NCBI GenBank assembly: GCA_964534045.1
Contig: CAZHNO010000001.1
Coordinates: 129,786-193,785, forward strand
Length of the DNA stretch: 64,000 nucleotides
Direction: 5' to 3'
Source: an uncultured archaeon
Lineage (GTDB): Archaea > Iainarchaeota > Iainarchaeia > Iainarchaeales > JAAZKV01
Made by a program: the position numbers and the translations under genes. Positions 45,801-56,000 of this stretch are shown one piece after another; positions within the stretch are counted from its first letter, which is position 1; every line of letters begins with the position of its first letter. The notes under the pieces were generated by a model that was not told the origin of the DNA, searched no databases, and saw nothing but the letters and a program-made list of their open reading frames with translations.

Positions 45801-48367
45801 AAAAATACAAAAAAGAAATAAAAATTTGTGCTTATTCTGGAGAAAAAGAAGCCGAGTATTTACATGCAAACAATGTGCAATTTATTATTAAAGCAATAAA
45901 CAAAAATACTGGAAATAGAAAAACAAGTGATGCTGATGGAACAATAACAATTTTGACTGATGCTTTGCACCCAGATGATTTAGCAGAAATACTTGGACAA
46001 AAAAGAAAATTTATACCTAATAAAGGAGAAAAAAATCCATATTATTTCACTGCAATGTGGAAGGGAGAACCAGAAATAATTGAAGACTTTAGAAAATATT
46101 ATGGAGACCTAATTGAATTAGGTTTGAGAAATGATGATTTTACAAAAAGCGCATCTGGGGATATGGAAGCAACAAAAGCCGGAGCAAAAATAATTAATGA
46201 ATCAAAAAGCAAAGCAATAAATTCATACTTAATGAGTTGTGGAATAACATCAGGATTATGTAATATGGCAACTAACTTAGGTGGAATAGGAAATGCTGGT
46301 TTTAGTGCATTAATGGATTGTGGTATTCCAGCAGCAACAATATTCAAAGCTGATTTGGCTGAAAGTTACGGATTTATGAGTACTTTCTATGAGTGGGGTT
46401 CTGACTTACCATTAATTGGCGATGCATTCAAAATTGAAGAAGCAACACTTGAAGCAAGAGACTGGAGTCCTTATACAGAAGCACAGGTTGTTGGAGCAGG
46501 ATATGGTGCAATGCAAGCAGCTGGAGCAAAATTACTAACACAAGTAGCTAGAGGAAAATATGGAACATTAAATACTACAGCAATAAATGATATAGCAACA
46601 GCAACTTATGTAAAAAACTTTGACACATCTTTGAAAAATACTTTGAATTCAACATTTGTAAATTCTTCCGGTTCGGATGCATTCAGAAAAGAAGCTGTTG
46701 ATTTTGTTCAAGAAAAATTTACTGAAGAATTACAACGTGCAACAAAAGAAAAAATTGGTGGATTCCATGGAGCCCATATTTTAGGAAGTAGAAAAACTTT
46801 GACTGAAAAACAAGCACAAGATATTTTAAGACTTGCAAAAGAAAAAGCTGAAAAAGACTTTTTAGATGACTTTTTGCTTAAAGCAGAAGCAGGTGGAGAT
46901 GCAACAGCAACAAGAATGAGACAATTATTAACTGAAAAAGGAATAACAACAGATGATGAATTACTGGGTGGATTACAAAGCTCAACTTTGAAAAATAAAA
47001 TTTCAACTGTTAGAGAAAGTGCATGGAAAGGAAAAGTTTCTAGTGCAGTTGATGAAATACCTAATGATTGGTTAGCTGGTTTGGATGACCCAGCAATAAT
47101 GAAACAAGAAGTTACAAGTAAAGTAAGAAACATTGTAAGAAATAATTTAGATGATATTGCAAGAGCAAAAGGAGTTGCTGTTACTGATGAAATGGTTGAA
47201 GCTGCAATGCGACAAATAAATGCAGATGATTTAATTGCACTAGCATCAAGAAGAGCTGCAAGCCAAGGATTAAATGGAACACAATTAGTAATTAATTTGA
47301 CTGCACCACAAGGAACTGTTGCACAAGCAACACAAGAAAGTTATTATAGAATATTAAATGAAACAATGAAAAATCAAATTGATGATGCTATAAAAGCTGG
47401 AATTATTAGTGATGATACATTAAAAGCAGTAGTAAAATCACAAGCTGATGATTTTGCAAGAATTTTAAAATCAGAATTAGTTGGTTTAGATAATGTAAAT
47501 TTAAGCAAGAGAACAATCACAGCAAAAATTGGAGAACTATTGAGAAGTCCAAGATTTTATGGCTCACTTGTATTAGGAGCAGGATGTGCATTCTTAGGAA
47601 ATGCAGTTGGAGTAAAATTTTATAAGGATTCAATAGAAGAAAGCAATCAAAAACAAAGAAATTTAACAAGCATAATGCCTGAAGGCTCAATAATGAAAGG
47701 AGAAACATACAAAATGATAATTGAAACAAAAGTGGCTGGAGAAACAAATGAAGAAGCAGGAATATCCGCAAAACTTTATTGGGTTGATACTGATGAAGAA
47801 AGAAAAGAAATGGAATTAGCACTAGCAAATGATAAAAATAATAATGAAATTAAAGGAACAAAATTACAATGGACTTCTGAATTACATAGCAAGAGGCCTG
47901 AAGAAAGACCATTATCTGAATATTTATTATACACAAAAGTTACTGATTTGAGACCATTATTACAAAGCGCTGGTTTCAAAGAAGATTTGAGAGAAAGAAT
48001 AATTTCAGCAATAGCAAATCCTTACTCGCAAAAACTAATTGACAAATATGCTCATGCAAATGGAGCAGAACCAATGCTAATAAAAGGAACACAAGTGCCA
48101 GAAACTTGGGTTGGAGCAATAATCGCAACAGATAATTATAGTGAAGAAACACTTGAAAGAGAATACAAAACAACAAAAGAAGATGAAAAGAAAGTGAAGA
48201 ATAGGATAATTGAACTTGGAAAAATAATTGAAACTAAGAATGAAATAAAAATCACTGAGGAAGTTGCAAGAGAATTTTACACTGATTCTGATAAGGCAGA
48301 TAAATTTTTCAAAATAACTAGTTCTTGGGATAAAGCATACGGACAAAAAGCACTAGAAAAAGAATGA
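39884..48367 (+). CDS. Giant membrane-anchored surface protein (2827 aa) with carboxypeptidase-regulatory-like/Ig-like repeats
   Basis: N-terminal TM; repeated G-x-[PA]-[IL]-x-[GN]-[AV]-x-V...K[ED]GY beta-sandwich units; Cys-linked Ig-like domains; C-terminal helical region. Confidence 0.85.
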   Translation: MVGLISEKLSGFYTKLEDKYFDVLDALDAKGLPVYKYSDFFEDKGIPSFIVTITIILLLIMLLGFAFTGANLGSGEIIVSLKDSVTGQPLRNVSLKLFDTQNTILFDKSVSDGDRVEIAALAQGTKIRILAAKDGYASFQDEFLIGKESATRAIYLNKRFVGINAMLRLTDIETGTKIKGASVTARYGDEIYNFFEDGNGLYRKDNIPEGETVLLSVTADGYNLISDQAIVFFSETIRDLSLSPSNDGFVGLANVIITVSNADGLAIEGAEVTVYNKENQAVLMKKETTQGAVSGQIQTGIQLKITIKKEGYLNYDSDVELGGLTIRKQEDKIDLIMKQGGEKLIVNVVNELGLSLSDSIVQVYSERGELIDRKISVVGGAEFSGLDPEATILITAYKEGYLPSQAKVFVGATESVPIILKEITSGNSFRLDIFTLDNIGDAVSGANVEIKYFDEDGNKLPYGFDNLRTSLAGYVAAIVALNKTYEVSAETSIMQGKTTIDITEGTIDNKVYITMLMKPNVVELKLRDLLGNKVSGTAIVSTIEGDILYDGNITNSSVFFDAYGKELVELQVKLADGNVFTENVYVKGKKIVDVIVYDKENANLAPVIEFVGIETENGEEAKGLTPGAFYWAKFSVKWPVAAEKGGVHFRTGSDSVEFADSENVALFDLALSGANTFLSYSYNPEPLPGNEALDRSNQGYVDEANKWVEGEVTNPKGTYIAKVKIRVSDFTAGKINLKYRAWSEVQDETYRTPTDSVLGNSAFNIEKASLYAETLVESLTLYESLPECNDSVCVAYNFVDETESYYDLGKFEALQGKVYALETEFTAIEGDYLQVNLTTDSNIAFIGTQSGNFKFMENSGYINTKEASVTVSLTQNGKQKIRFYFVANGIGTNIINFSATGSGEIEKQISFDSVNEKEMLIELSEKKVGLGRNFTVKVLESNLKGIENALVKIINKKGEVVKSVVGDGTDGKGKSGLYRIENDLEAGVYVVRVEASKFKSKEEALLVTMSEILSITDDLVVKMLLEEKSKYVEAKLTNNSEFTINNIIIDTENSENFKIDVVSIPMLGKNQSQTLQIRVTYIGTSESADETFTISVKGMVEGTFLTSISTTLSASYNRVMDNSCLKFEPSSLKLAMVGNNGASASDTITVKNNCEIPVSLTPITIEKTRRSNIAVNGEAISLQVGQTQNITINAINMADRLFNRNEIYNYEILYDANYITKRINVSVELINPQIALSYPGQITLFLAQNSPTAKAISAQPIFVTNVSQYSVEGIKFSTEKEYASESNVKLSIEPADMVSLEAGQSINPAKILFAEASTKYSEPVRGTVTITGKIGNLNNRIGTSDNYNYQDFLSGKYSINNYQNNSAGYTSTSNTLGVIDVLVYYSGFDCLKTTISNGTFNLSQEGLGRTATISIQNNCAEPVRVIDIKSNYPTLAFSIPNVIVQPNTTIETQMGVMVVGGQTKLRNFPITLRGMTEISQTVIEASPMNIDVFSGVNFNEEYSKAEKGISVNICGEETKELIDIPREASGNDCSQGYCDAEQASEYIAKKLDTAIKKAEAQAYSAQTTNESMLCLTKGFCTFGDIGTQQTSFDLYLKNDVVSTEAMRNAFEKFASGSTGISGISSAEFRFETGNVSDEILGAIARSGYGKQVIIDDSISGCGYYKIVISGVFPVTGEGVNFLMPILSIKAEPLIGKGKIQTKECEDSIENLVNFTPIDKKYSLGNTGGTWLTSIEAEKSLQEMAKNISKKLVNNENRVGQGTGNKLILREAPLTDALAEVCLIGGEKAIIEVNINSQLTELNSAKKDFEDEVVKLVTNAIASNFGENCLTKHAEGYKCVQLTDLSGLEGGLLLKLNSKNLSLGKDGGCVTGEVSSSLPETIEFSVIPYTENKEFLNITKITVEEISKNNETNTNNNAENNESKEDDEDSESEISEDNVLEGKKVYEIEFKGSKISKETPVKVKLDTISTDKEQKYKKEIKICAYSGEKEAEYLHANNVQFIIKAINKNTGNRKTSDADGTITILTDALHPDDLAEILGQKRKFIPNKGEKNPYYFTAMWKGEPEIIEDFRKYYGDLIELGLRNDDFTKSASGDMEATKAGAKIINESKSKAINSYLMSCGITSGLCNMATNLGGIGNAGFSALMDCGIPAATIFKADLAESYGFMSTFYEWGSDLPLIGDAFKIEEATLEARDWSPYTEAQVVGAGYGAMQAAGAKLLTQVARGKYGTLNTTAINDIATATYVKNFDTSLKNTLNSTFVNSSGSDAFRKEAVDFVQEKFTEELQRATKEKIGGFHGAHILGSRKTLTEKQAQDILRLAKEKAEKDFLDDFLLKAEAGGDATATRMRQLLTEKGITTDDELLGGLQSSTLKNKISTVRESAWKGKVSSAVDEIPNDWLAGLDDPAIMKQEVTSKVRNIVRNNLDDIARAKGVAVTDEMVEAAMRQINADDLIALASRRAASQGLNGTQLVINLTAPQGTVAQATQESYYRILNETMKNQIDDAIKAGIISDDTLKAVVKSQADDFARILKSELVGLDNVNLSKRTITAKIGELLRSPRFYGSLVLGAGCAFLGNAVGVKFYKDSIEESNQKQRNLTSIMPEGSIMKGETYKMIIETKVAGETNEEAGISAKLYWVDTDEERKEMELALANDKNNNEIKGTKLQWTSELHSKRPEERPLSEYLLYTKVTDLRPLLQSAGFKEDLRERIISAIANPYSQKLIDKYAHANGAEPMLIKGTQVPETWVGAIIATDNYSEETLEREYKTTKEDEKKVKNRIIELGKIIETKNEIKITEEVAREFYTDSDKADKFFKITSSWDKAYGQKALEKE

Positions 48368-48454
48368 AAAAAATAAATAATTCTCTAAAAAATAATAAAA
48401 CTTTCAAACACTAACTGCAGTAAGTCTTTTTAATAAGAAAAACTTTTCTTAATA

Positions 48455-49912
48455 ATGATTCTAAAAATGAATTCACGTGGATTTAATTTATTTTCTGCTT
48501 TGGTTGCTGCAGTGTTATTAATGAGCGGAGTAGTTTTAATCAACATGCTAATTAGCACAGAAGAAAAAATTGGAACAGAAGTTTACTTAATGACAAATAA
48601 TTTTAGTTTAAGTGATGCTGCATCAATAGCGAAAGCTGATGCTTTACAAAGTTTTAATTATAATTTCAGAGAAAGTTTAGAAGATTACTTAACTTTAAGC
48701 GAAGCGGAAATCGCAGATGGAACAACCTTTGACCTAATAAATACTGATGATTTGGGTGGAAATCAATGGAATACTTTATTACAAAACTTTGAAACCGCAG
48801 TATTACTAAGTGGAACAACAATAAAAGATGAAGATGGAACTGAAATAGAAAGACAAAACTTTGAAGCGGTTATACAATATGTTGCTGACAGAACAATAAA
48901 TCAATTTCATGATGGAAGATATGGCAGGTATCATGTTTCTTTAAGTTCACGGGATAGTGAAGCAGTAAATGCTGTTAGAACAGTAATGGAAAATGTAATA
49001 GTAAAAAATGCTGGCGAAATGGATTTTTTAAAAGTGGTTGGTTGTGATGCAACAAGCTGTGAAGTAGGAACATTTTATTTCATTATTCCATTAGATTTAA
49101 TGACTAATGAAGATTATGAAGCTTTGCCAAGAATTGTTGTAAAAGATTTAATAACCGGTGAAGAAATAAAAGTTGCTTTGTTACCAAAAACCAGATTGAA
49201 TATTTACATACCTTTAAGATTTTTTAAAGCAGTTCATGAATCAATAAGAAATGCTAAAGCAATACAAAATGTTGAAACTATGATTGGAGCAAAAGCAATG
49301 CTTGGTTATTGTGATTCTGGCTCTTGTGTACCAAGAAAAGATCCATTACAAGCAACTAGTGGTAATTGGGACAAAGAATGTAGAAATACAAGTGAGACTG
49401 GGATTAGACAAGAATTAACCTCGCACAGCTTATTAATTACTGACGATTATAAAATAATACAAAATCAAATTGGGGCTGTTGCATTAAGAGCGTTTGCTAA
49501 ATTTCATGGTTGTGAATATGGAGTTGCAGAATATTATTATTATCATGCTCAAGACCCAACTTTTACTAATTATAATTGGACAACCGTTGGGTTGGAAGGA
49601 GAGTTAAGTATTGGAATAAAAGGTTATCCAAAATGCCCATTCAACAAAATTAATGGAATAATAAAATCCAATGAAACAAAGGATCTTAGTGGGACTGGTG
49701 GTGGAGCAGGAACTGGTTTGTATTGTTCAACACTAACAAAAATTGAAGCAAGTGTAATGTTTGTTGACACTAATCCATTATATATTGTGAGTGGCGAAAA
49801 AAATGTTTATAGAATAGGAATAAATGGAAAGAGTTTTGATGCAATGCAAAGCAATTTAGGAAGTTGTTCAAGTGGATCAAATCAATGTTGTATTCCAGGC
49901 ACCTGTCCATGA
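48455..49912 (+). CDS. Large pilin-like protein (class III signal peptide-like)
   Basis: MNSRG/FNLFSALVAAVLLMSGVVLI leader (start probably 48467); Cys-rich C-terminal half. Confidence 0.65.
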   Translation: MILKMNSRGFNLFSALVAAVLLMSGVVLINMLISTEEKIGTEVYLMTNNFSLSDAASIAKADALQSFNYNFRESLEDYLTLSEAEIADGTTFDLINTDDLGGNQWNTLLQNFETAVLLSGTTIKDEDGTEIERQNFEAVIQYVADRTINQFHDGRYGRYHVSLSSRDSEAVNAVRTVMENVIVKNAGEMDFLKVVGCDATSCEVGTFYFIIPLDLMTNEDYEALPRIVVKDLITGEEIKVALLPKTRLNIYIPLRFFKAVHESIRNAKAIQNVETMIGAKAMLGYCDSGSCVPRKDPLQATSGNWDKECRNTSETGIRQELTSHSLLITDDYKIIQNQIGAVALRAFAKFHGCEYGVAEYYYYHAQDPTFTNYNWTTVGLEGELSIGIKGYPKCPFNKINGIIKSNETKDLSGTGGGAGTGLYCSTLTKIEASVMFVDTNPLYIVSGEKNVYRIGINGKSFDAMQSNLGSCSSGSNQCCIPGTCP

Positions 49913-50051
49913 ACATAAAAAAGATTTATATATAACAAAATCTTCCATATATCATTAATATTTTGAAAGAGTATTAATTTACGACAAGAGATATATTAAT
50001 AAACAATTGAAAGTAATAATATATAGTGAACAAGTTATTGGGGTATTGACG

Positions 50052-53000
50052 ATGGTTGATTTAAAGGGAGCTTATTTTTCTTTAGAAGATAAGTGGTACT
50101 CTTTCGTTGACAAAGTATCTGATAAGTTGCCTTTTTTTGGAAAAGTTGTTGATAAAATTGAAGAAAAAAATATCCCCAGTTTTCCAGTTGCAATAGCAAT
50201 TGTAATTGTATTAATTTTAGTAATCTTATTTTTATTAAGTGGAACAGGACAAGCATTAACAATAGCAATTTATGATGAAAATGGAAATCCAATTGATAGC
50301 GCAGAAGTAAGTGTTTTTTTGGACGGAAAATTAGTTGATTCTAGACCAACAACTACTGATGGAAAAGTAACATTCTTTTTAGCTGATGCTGGTTACACAA
50401 TAAAAATTGATAAAGATGGTTTTGTTTCAATAACAAAAGAAAATATTCGCCCAGCACAATACGCTGAAGAATTTACTTTAAGTAAAGATGATGTTGCATT
50501 AACAAGAGCAATTTCTTTGAAAAGTGCAACTGGACAATTGGTTTCAGGAACAGGAATAGTAATGTACACTTGTACTGATACTGGAGAACAAAAAGTTGGA
50601 AATTATTCAAATGGTTCATTCAAAGCAGATTTTTCTGATTGTTCACAAATAAGAATTGATTCAATTTCTGGATACACCATTGTTTCTGGAATAGCAACTA
50701 TTTCAAATACAAATAACATTGTTCTTGAAGCAATTGATACACAAACTGGAACAATAACAGTTAGTGTTAGTGGAGATGGAAGTTTAGCAGGAGTAAGAGT
50801 AACTATTAATGGAGAAGATGGAACTCCAGTTGAAACTAAAACTCTTGGTGAAGGTGGAGTTATTACTTTTGAAAATGCTCCAACAAAAAAATATTTTGTG
50901 AGCGTTCATGATCCAAATGGAAAATTTAAAGGTTACCAAGGAAATACTTTAGGAGAAATAAAAGAATTGAGAAAAAATGAAACTATTTCATTTAACTTAG
51001 TATTAGAAAAAACAGTTTCTGCAACAATCACAGTTAATGTAAAAGATTTTGATAATTCTGCACCAATAATTGGAGCAGAAGTAAGATTATTATCTAAAAG
51101 CACTCAAGAAACAATTGATACTGAAATAACAGGAATAACTGGACAAATTATTTTTAATGTTCCAGCAAATAGTGAGTATTTAGTTAGTACAGAGCACCCA
51201 GAATATATAATTGGGACGTCACAAAATGCAACAAGCAATGATATAATTAATTTCAATCTTATAAAAGCAACTGAAGCAAATTCACAAACATTAAAAGTAA
51301 AGGTTGTTGACCCACAAGGAAAACCAATTGATAATGTAAAAATTTCTCTAAAGAAATTAGATGATATAAAAGTTGGAGACAAAACAACTGGTGCAGATGG
51401 TATTGCTGAATTTTACAATTTAGAAATTACAAGCTATTATGCTTATGCAATAAAAGAAGGATTTGCTGGAGTAACTTCTAATGCTGTTCAAGTTCTTCCA
51501 CGAAGAGAAAATATACTGCCAATAATAATTGATATTGGAAATGGAGAAATAAAATTAAGTGTTGTTGATGAAGCACTTGGAATAATGCCCGGAGTTAATG
51601 TAAAAGCAATTAATTATTTCACAAAAGAAGTTGAAGAGGAACAAACAACTTCACAAACAGGAGAAGCATCATTTACACTAAGAGAAGATAAGAAAATTTA
51701 TTTCATAGTTTCAGCAGCAGGTTATCCTGAATATTATACAACAACAATGAATCCTGATTCAGATTCAACAATTGAAAGAATGGTTCAATTAGAAAGAAGC
51801 ACTGACTCAGTAAAAGTAAAAATAATTGGAATTTATTCTGGTGATTCAGAAATTGGTGCTGAAAGAATTGTTGGACAAGGAAGATATATTGTTAAAGCAG
51901 TTGTTGAAGTTCCAAAAGGAACTTTTTCAGAAGCAGGTTTCCATTTGAGAACAGGAAAGGCAACAGAAAATACCATTAATTTAATGGAAGAAGATCTTGC
52001 AAAATTAGGAAATGTTTATTCATCAGCACAAACTACAACAAAAGGAACTACTTATAGTCCACCAAATAATTATGCTGTTGATTCAGTAAATTTAACAAGC
52101 GGAACAGCAAAGTGGATAGAAGCCAAGTGGAAAAATCCACAAGAAGGAATTTATGAAATTGAAACTGAATTAATAATTGATGATGTAAATCCTAACTCAG
52201 GAATAAATTTATGGTATAGGGCTTATGCAAAAGGAGCAAGCACTCTAAGAAGTCCAACAAACTCTAATTCAGGACACGAATTATATGCAAGCGCAAACAA
52301 TTATTTATTAGTTAGCGGAGCAACAAATTTATGCAAAGAATCTTTTTGTGTAAGCAAAGAAGTTACAACACAAACAGGAACTAATGCTGGAAGAGTACAA
52401 TATATTAGTAACAAAATTAGTGCAAGCAAAAATACTATTTACACATTGAAAGCTAATTTGATTAGTAGAAAAGTAATTAATGGTGCTGTGCTAGAAATTG
52501 AAGGAAAGGGAATACAAATACAAGAAATTCTTGTAAATGGGTTAGAAAAAGAGGATAGCACTAGCTTAGGAACACTTGGAAAGGATTCTTTTACTGAAAT
52601 TGAAATAACATTTGAAGCAATTAGTTCAGGGACTGGAAGCTTAAAGTTAAAAATAAATTCTTCATCAACAACAGAATTAGAAGAAAATATTATTGTTGAT
52701 GTAAAAGCAAACAAGAAATTTAACCTTGATATTATTCCAAAACAAATAATTCCTTATGTAAACAATACAATGTTCTTTGAAGTAACAGATGGAAATGATT
52801 CTATAAAAGATGTTTTAATACAAATAAAATCTAACAATGATGTTTTGGAAACTATTGAAACTGGAAGTGAAGGATTAGCACAATATGAATTAAGTTCACC
52901 AAGCATTGGAGATATAATTACTATTACTGCATCAAAAGAAAATTATGATACAATTGAAATAACAAAAGCAGTTGATGAAAGATTACTAATAATTACTCCA

Positions 53001-56000
53001 CCAGAAATAAGTGAAACAATAAAAATTGGTGAAACTGCAAGCATTGAAACCACAATCATATTAGAGAATGCAACTGCCGAAAAATTATTAATTGATAGAT
53101 TTAATTTAAGCGGGGAATTAAGTTCTTACTTAGATATTTCACTAAATAATATTGAAGGAACAAGCATCGATGTTGAAAAAGATGCAAATCATATTTTGAA
53201 AATAAAACCAAATGCTACTGCAAAGAAATTAAGAGAACCAAAAACAATTACTGGAACAATAGAAATAATTACAAAAGTTGACGGAACAAACCAAAGTTAT
53301 TCAAGCGAATTACCAATTAGTGTTAGATTATCGATGCCTGGATACCTTGATAGTGACAAGTGCTTGAAAATCACTCCAGGAAGTTTAGAATATAATACTT
53401 CAACAAGTGAAGTAACTCAAAGTGTTGAAGTAGAAAATTCATGCACAGCAGAAGGAATTAAAGTTAACTTGTTTGAAATGGAAGCAAAATTAAATGAAGT
53501 AAGCAAATTTGGAACAATAAATGTTTCAGGAGTAGGCTTCATGAATACATCAATAGGTGATTCTTACTCAAAAATTGCAGATATTTTTGAAAATGGTTCA
53601 AAAGAAACACTAAGTATTAGATTTAATCCAAATGCTAGTTTGTCATCAGGAAAACAAACACTAACAATGATGGTTAGAGCAAAAAATAATACCGAAGATG
53701 GAGAAGAAACAATTGAAACAAAAATAACACTAAATATTTCAATGAGTAATTTATCAAAGTGCATTGAAGTAGAAGAACCTGCAGATGGAATTGTGTTAGA
53801 TGTTGCAGGATGGAATATGGGATACAATAGAATAATTAATAGTAATTTATCATCTTATGCACAAACATACCAAGGATTCACTAACAGAGGACAACAATCA
53901 ATGCCTTATGGAATGCAACAAGCATTGCCATTCATGGGAAAAGGTGGAAGCGAATATGAGCAAGATAGATTTATAATAAAAAATAATTGTGCTGTTGATG
54001 TTGAAATTGATCTTGATCCTGATTCAAGAATAAATGTTAACGAAGAAAAATTTACTATATCAGCAAATAGTGATGCCACAGTAACAGTTAGTCCGGGATA
54101 TACTCTTGGAAAATATAATGTCGGTGTTAATGCAAAAATAGTTGATTCAACAGAATCACATTACAAAGTTGATTCAGTAAGTGTTACTGTTAGAAGATTA
54201 GGAGAAATTGATTCTGAATGTATAAAAACAAATGTTTCAAAATTAACATTCAATTCATTCTTATACAAAGCAGAAAAATACAAAGTATACAATTATTGTT
54301 ATAACTCAGGAGTAATGCTTGCAAGAAATAATGCGGTTTCAATACAATGTGATTCGCCAACTCCTGCACAAGGCACAGCTGTTCCTTATATGCAAGTAGG
54401 TATGGAACAAATATATGCAAACCAATACCCAATAACAAACACTTACCAATCATATAATTCTTATCTACAACCACAAGGGTGTGGAACAAATTCTTGTTCA
54501 TTCATTGCAGGAACAAGAACATTCAATTATAGATTGCTTGATCAAAGTGGGGGCGTAGAAGAGTTAACTTTTGAAGTTTTACCAAGTTCACAATATCTTC
54601 CTCAAAGAAGATTATTTGATTCACAAAGAAACACTTATGGATTCTTCCAAAACCTAGCAGACATTAGACAATGGGCAACAGAAACAGATGCACGAACAGA
54701 AGTTTATGGAAACTTGAATGTACAATACTCTAATCAGTATGGTTCAACACAATGCATGTCATTCCCAATAACAATAGAAGATAATTGGAGAATGCTTGAA
54801 AGTATTGACTCTGCAATTAATTGGGGAGATCCAAATGCAAAACCACAAGAGTGTGTGGGAAGCGAAGAGAAAAAAGCACTAGATATTGTGAGATATTGGG
54901 TTGAAAGAGGAAATGGAAAAGGAGCAATACCTGATTCAGAATACAGAGAAAATGGAGTTTATTTACATTTAGCTGAACCACCAGCAGTAAATATTGGGCC
55001 TTCACCAACAAACACTACATACTACCCACAATACTCAGGCACAAAAGGAACAAGCAGTGCAAAAAATTGTGGATTGTTAGATTCATTAAGTGATTTAAAA
55101 TACTCAACTGATTTCGGCGGAGTTGTAATAGGCGTAGAAACACTAAAGAAAGGAAGTTTAATGGGCAATACATTAGGACCAAATTTAGCAGTGTCAATTG
55201 ATAGAACAGGAATACAATACAGTTGTGTTTACATTAATACAACAGTAAGTGCAAAATTAAGAAGAGCAATTAATTTAGAAACCGCAGAAATAACTTGGCC
55301 ACTAAAAGCAATAGTAACAAGACCAGGATATGTAATACCAAGTGGATTCAAACCAGAAACTGATTGTTATAATGTAGGAACTGGAGAATTAGATTGTGAA
55401 TTACTAGCAAGACAATACATAAAGAAAGGATATAAAGAATTCATTAAAGCTTATTCTCAATGTGCACAATCAATAACAGAAGAATACATGAAAGAATTAG
55501 CAAAAGAACAAACATTTGAAGGAGCATGCACAACAGATTCAACAGAATATGGATTTGACAAAATAAACAAAACAAGTGCTGAAGAAATTAGCACTAGCGA
55601 TGCAAAAACATATTGCCAAGAAAACTTTTGTAACAATGATATGCTACAATTATTCTTACTAGATAAATATAAAACATTAAAAGAAAAATTAAATAACTTT
55701 GCAGGAATAGAATCACAAGTTAATAGCGTTGAAAGCAATTTAAAATTGTCAGAAATTTATAAATTAGCTCCAACAAAAGATTTGAACACTTGTGAAAAAA
55801 CAGAAAAATATTATTCTGGAACAAGTGATGTTTACATTGAAGTAGATATTGAAAAATTCATTAATGAAAAATCATGGAAAGATTCTGTTCTTAACGATAC
55901 ACCAACTAGCGATTCACGCCCATCACTAGTATCAATGATGACAATACTAAATAATTTGAAAAACACTGATACCCACAAAGAGTACTTTATATTATACAAT

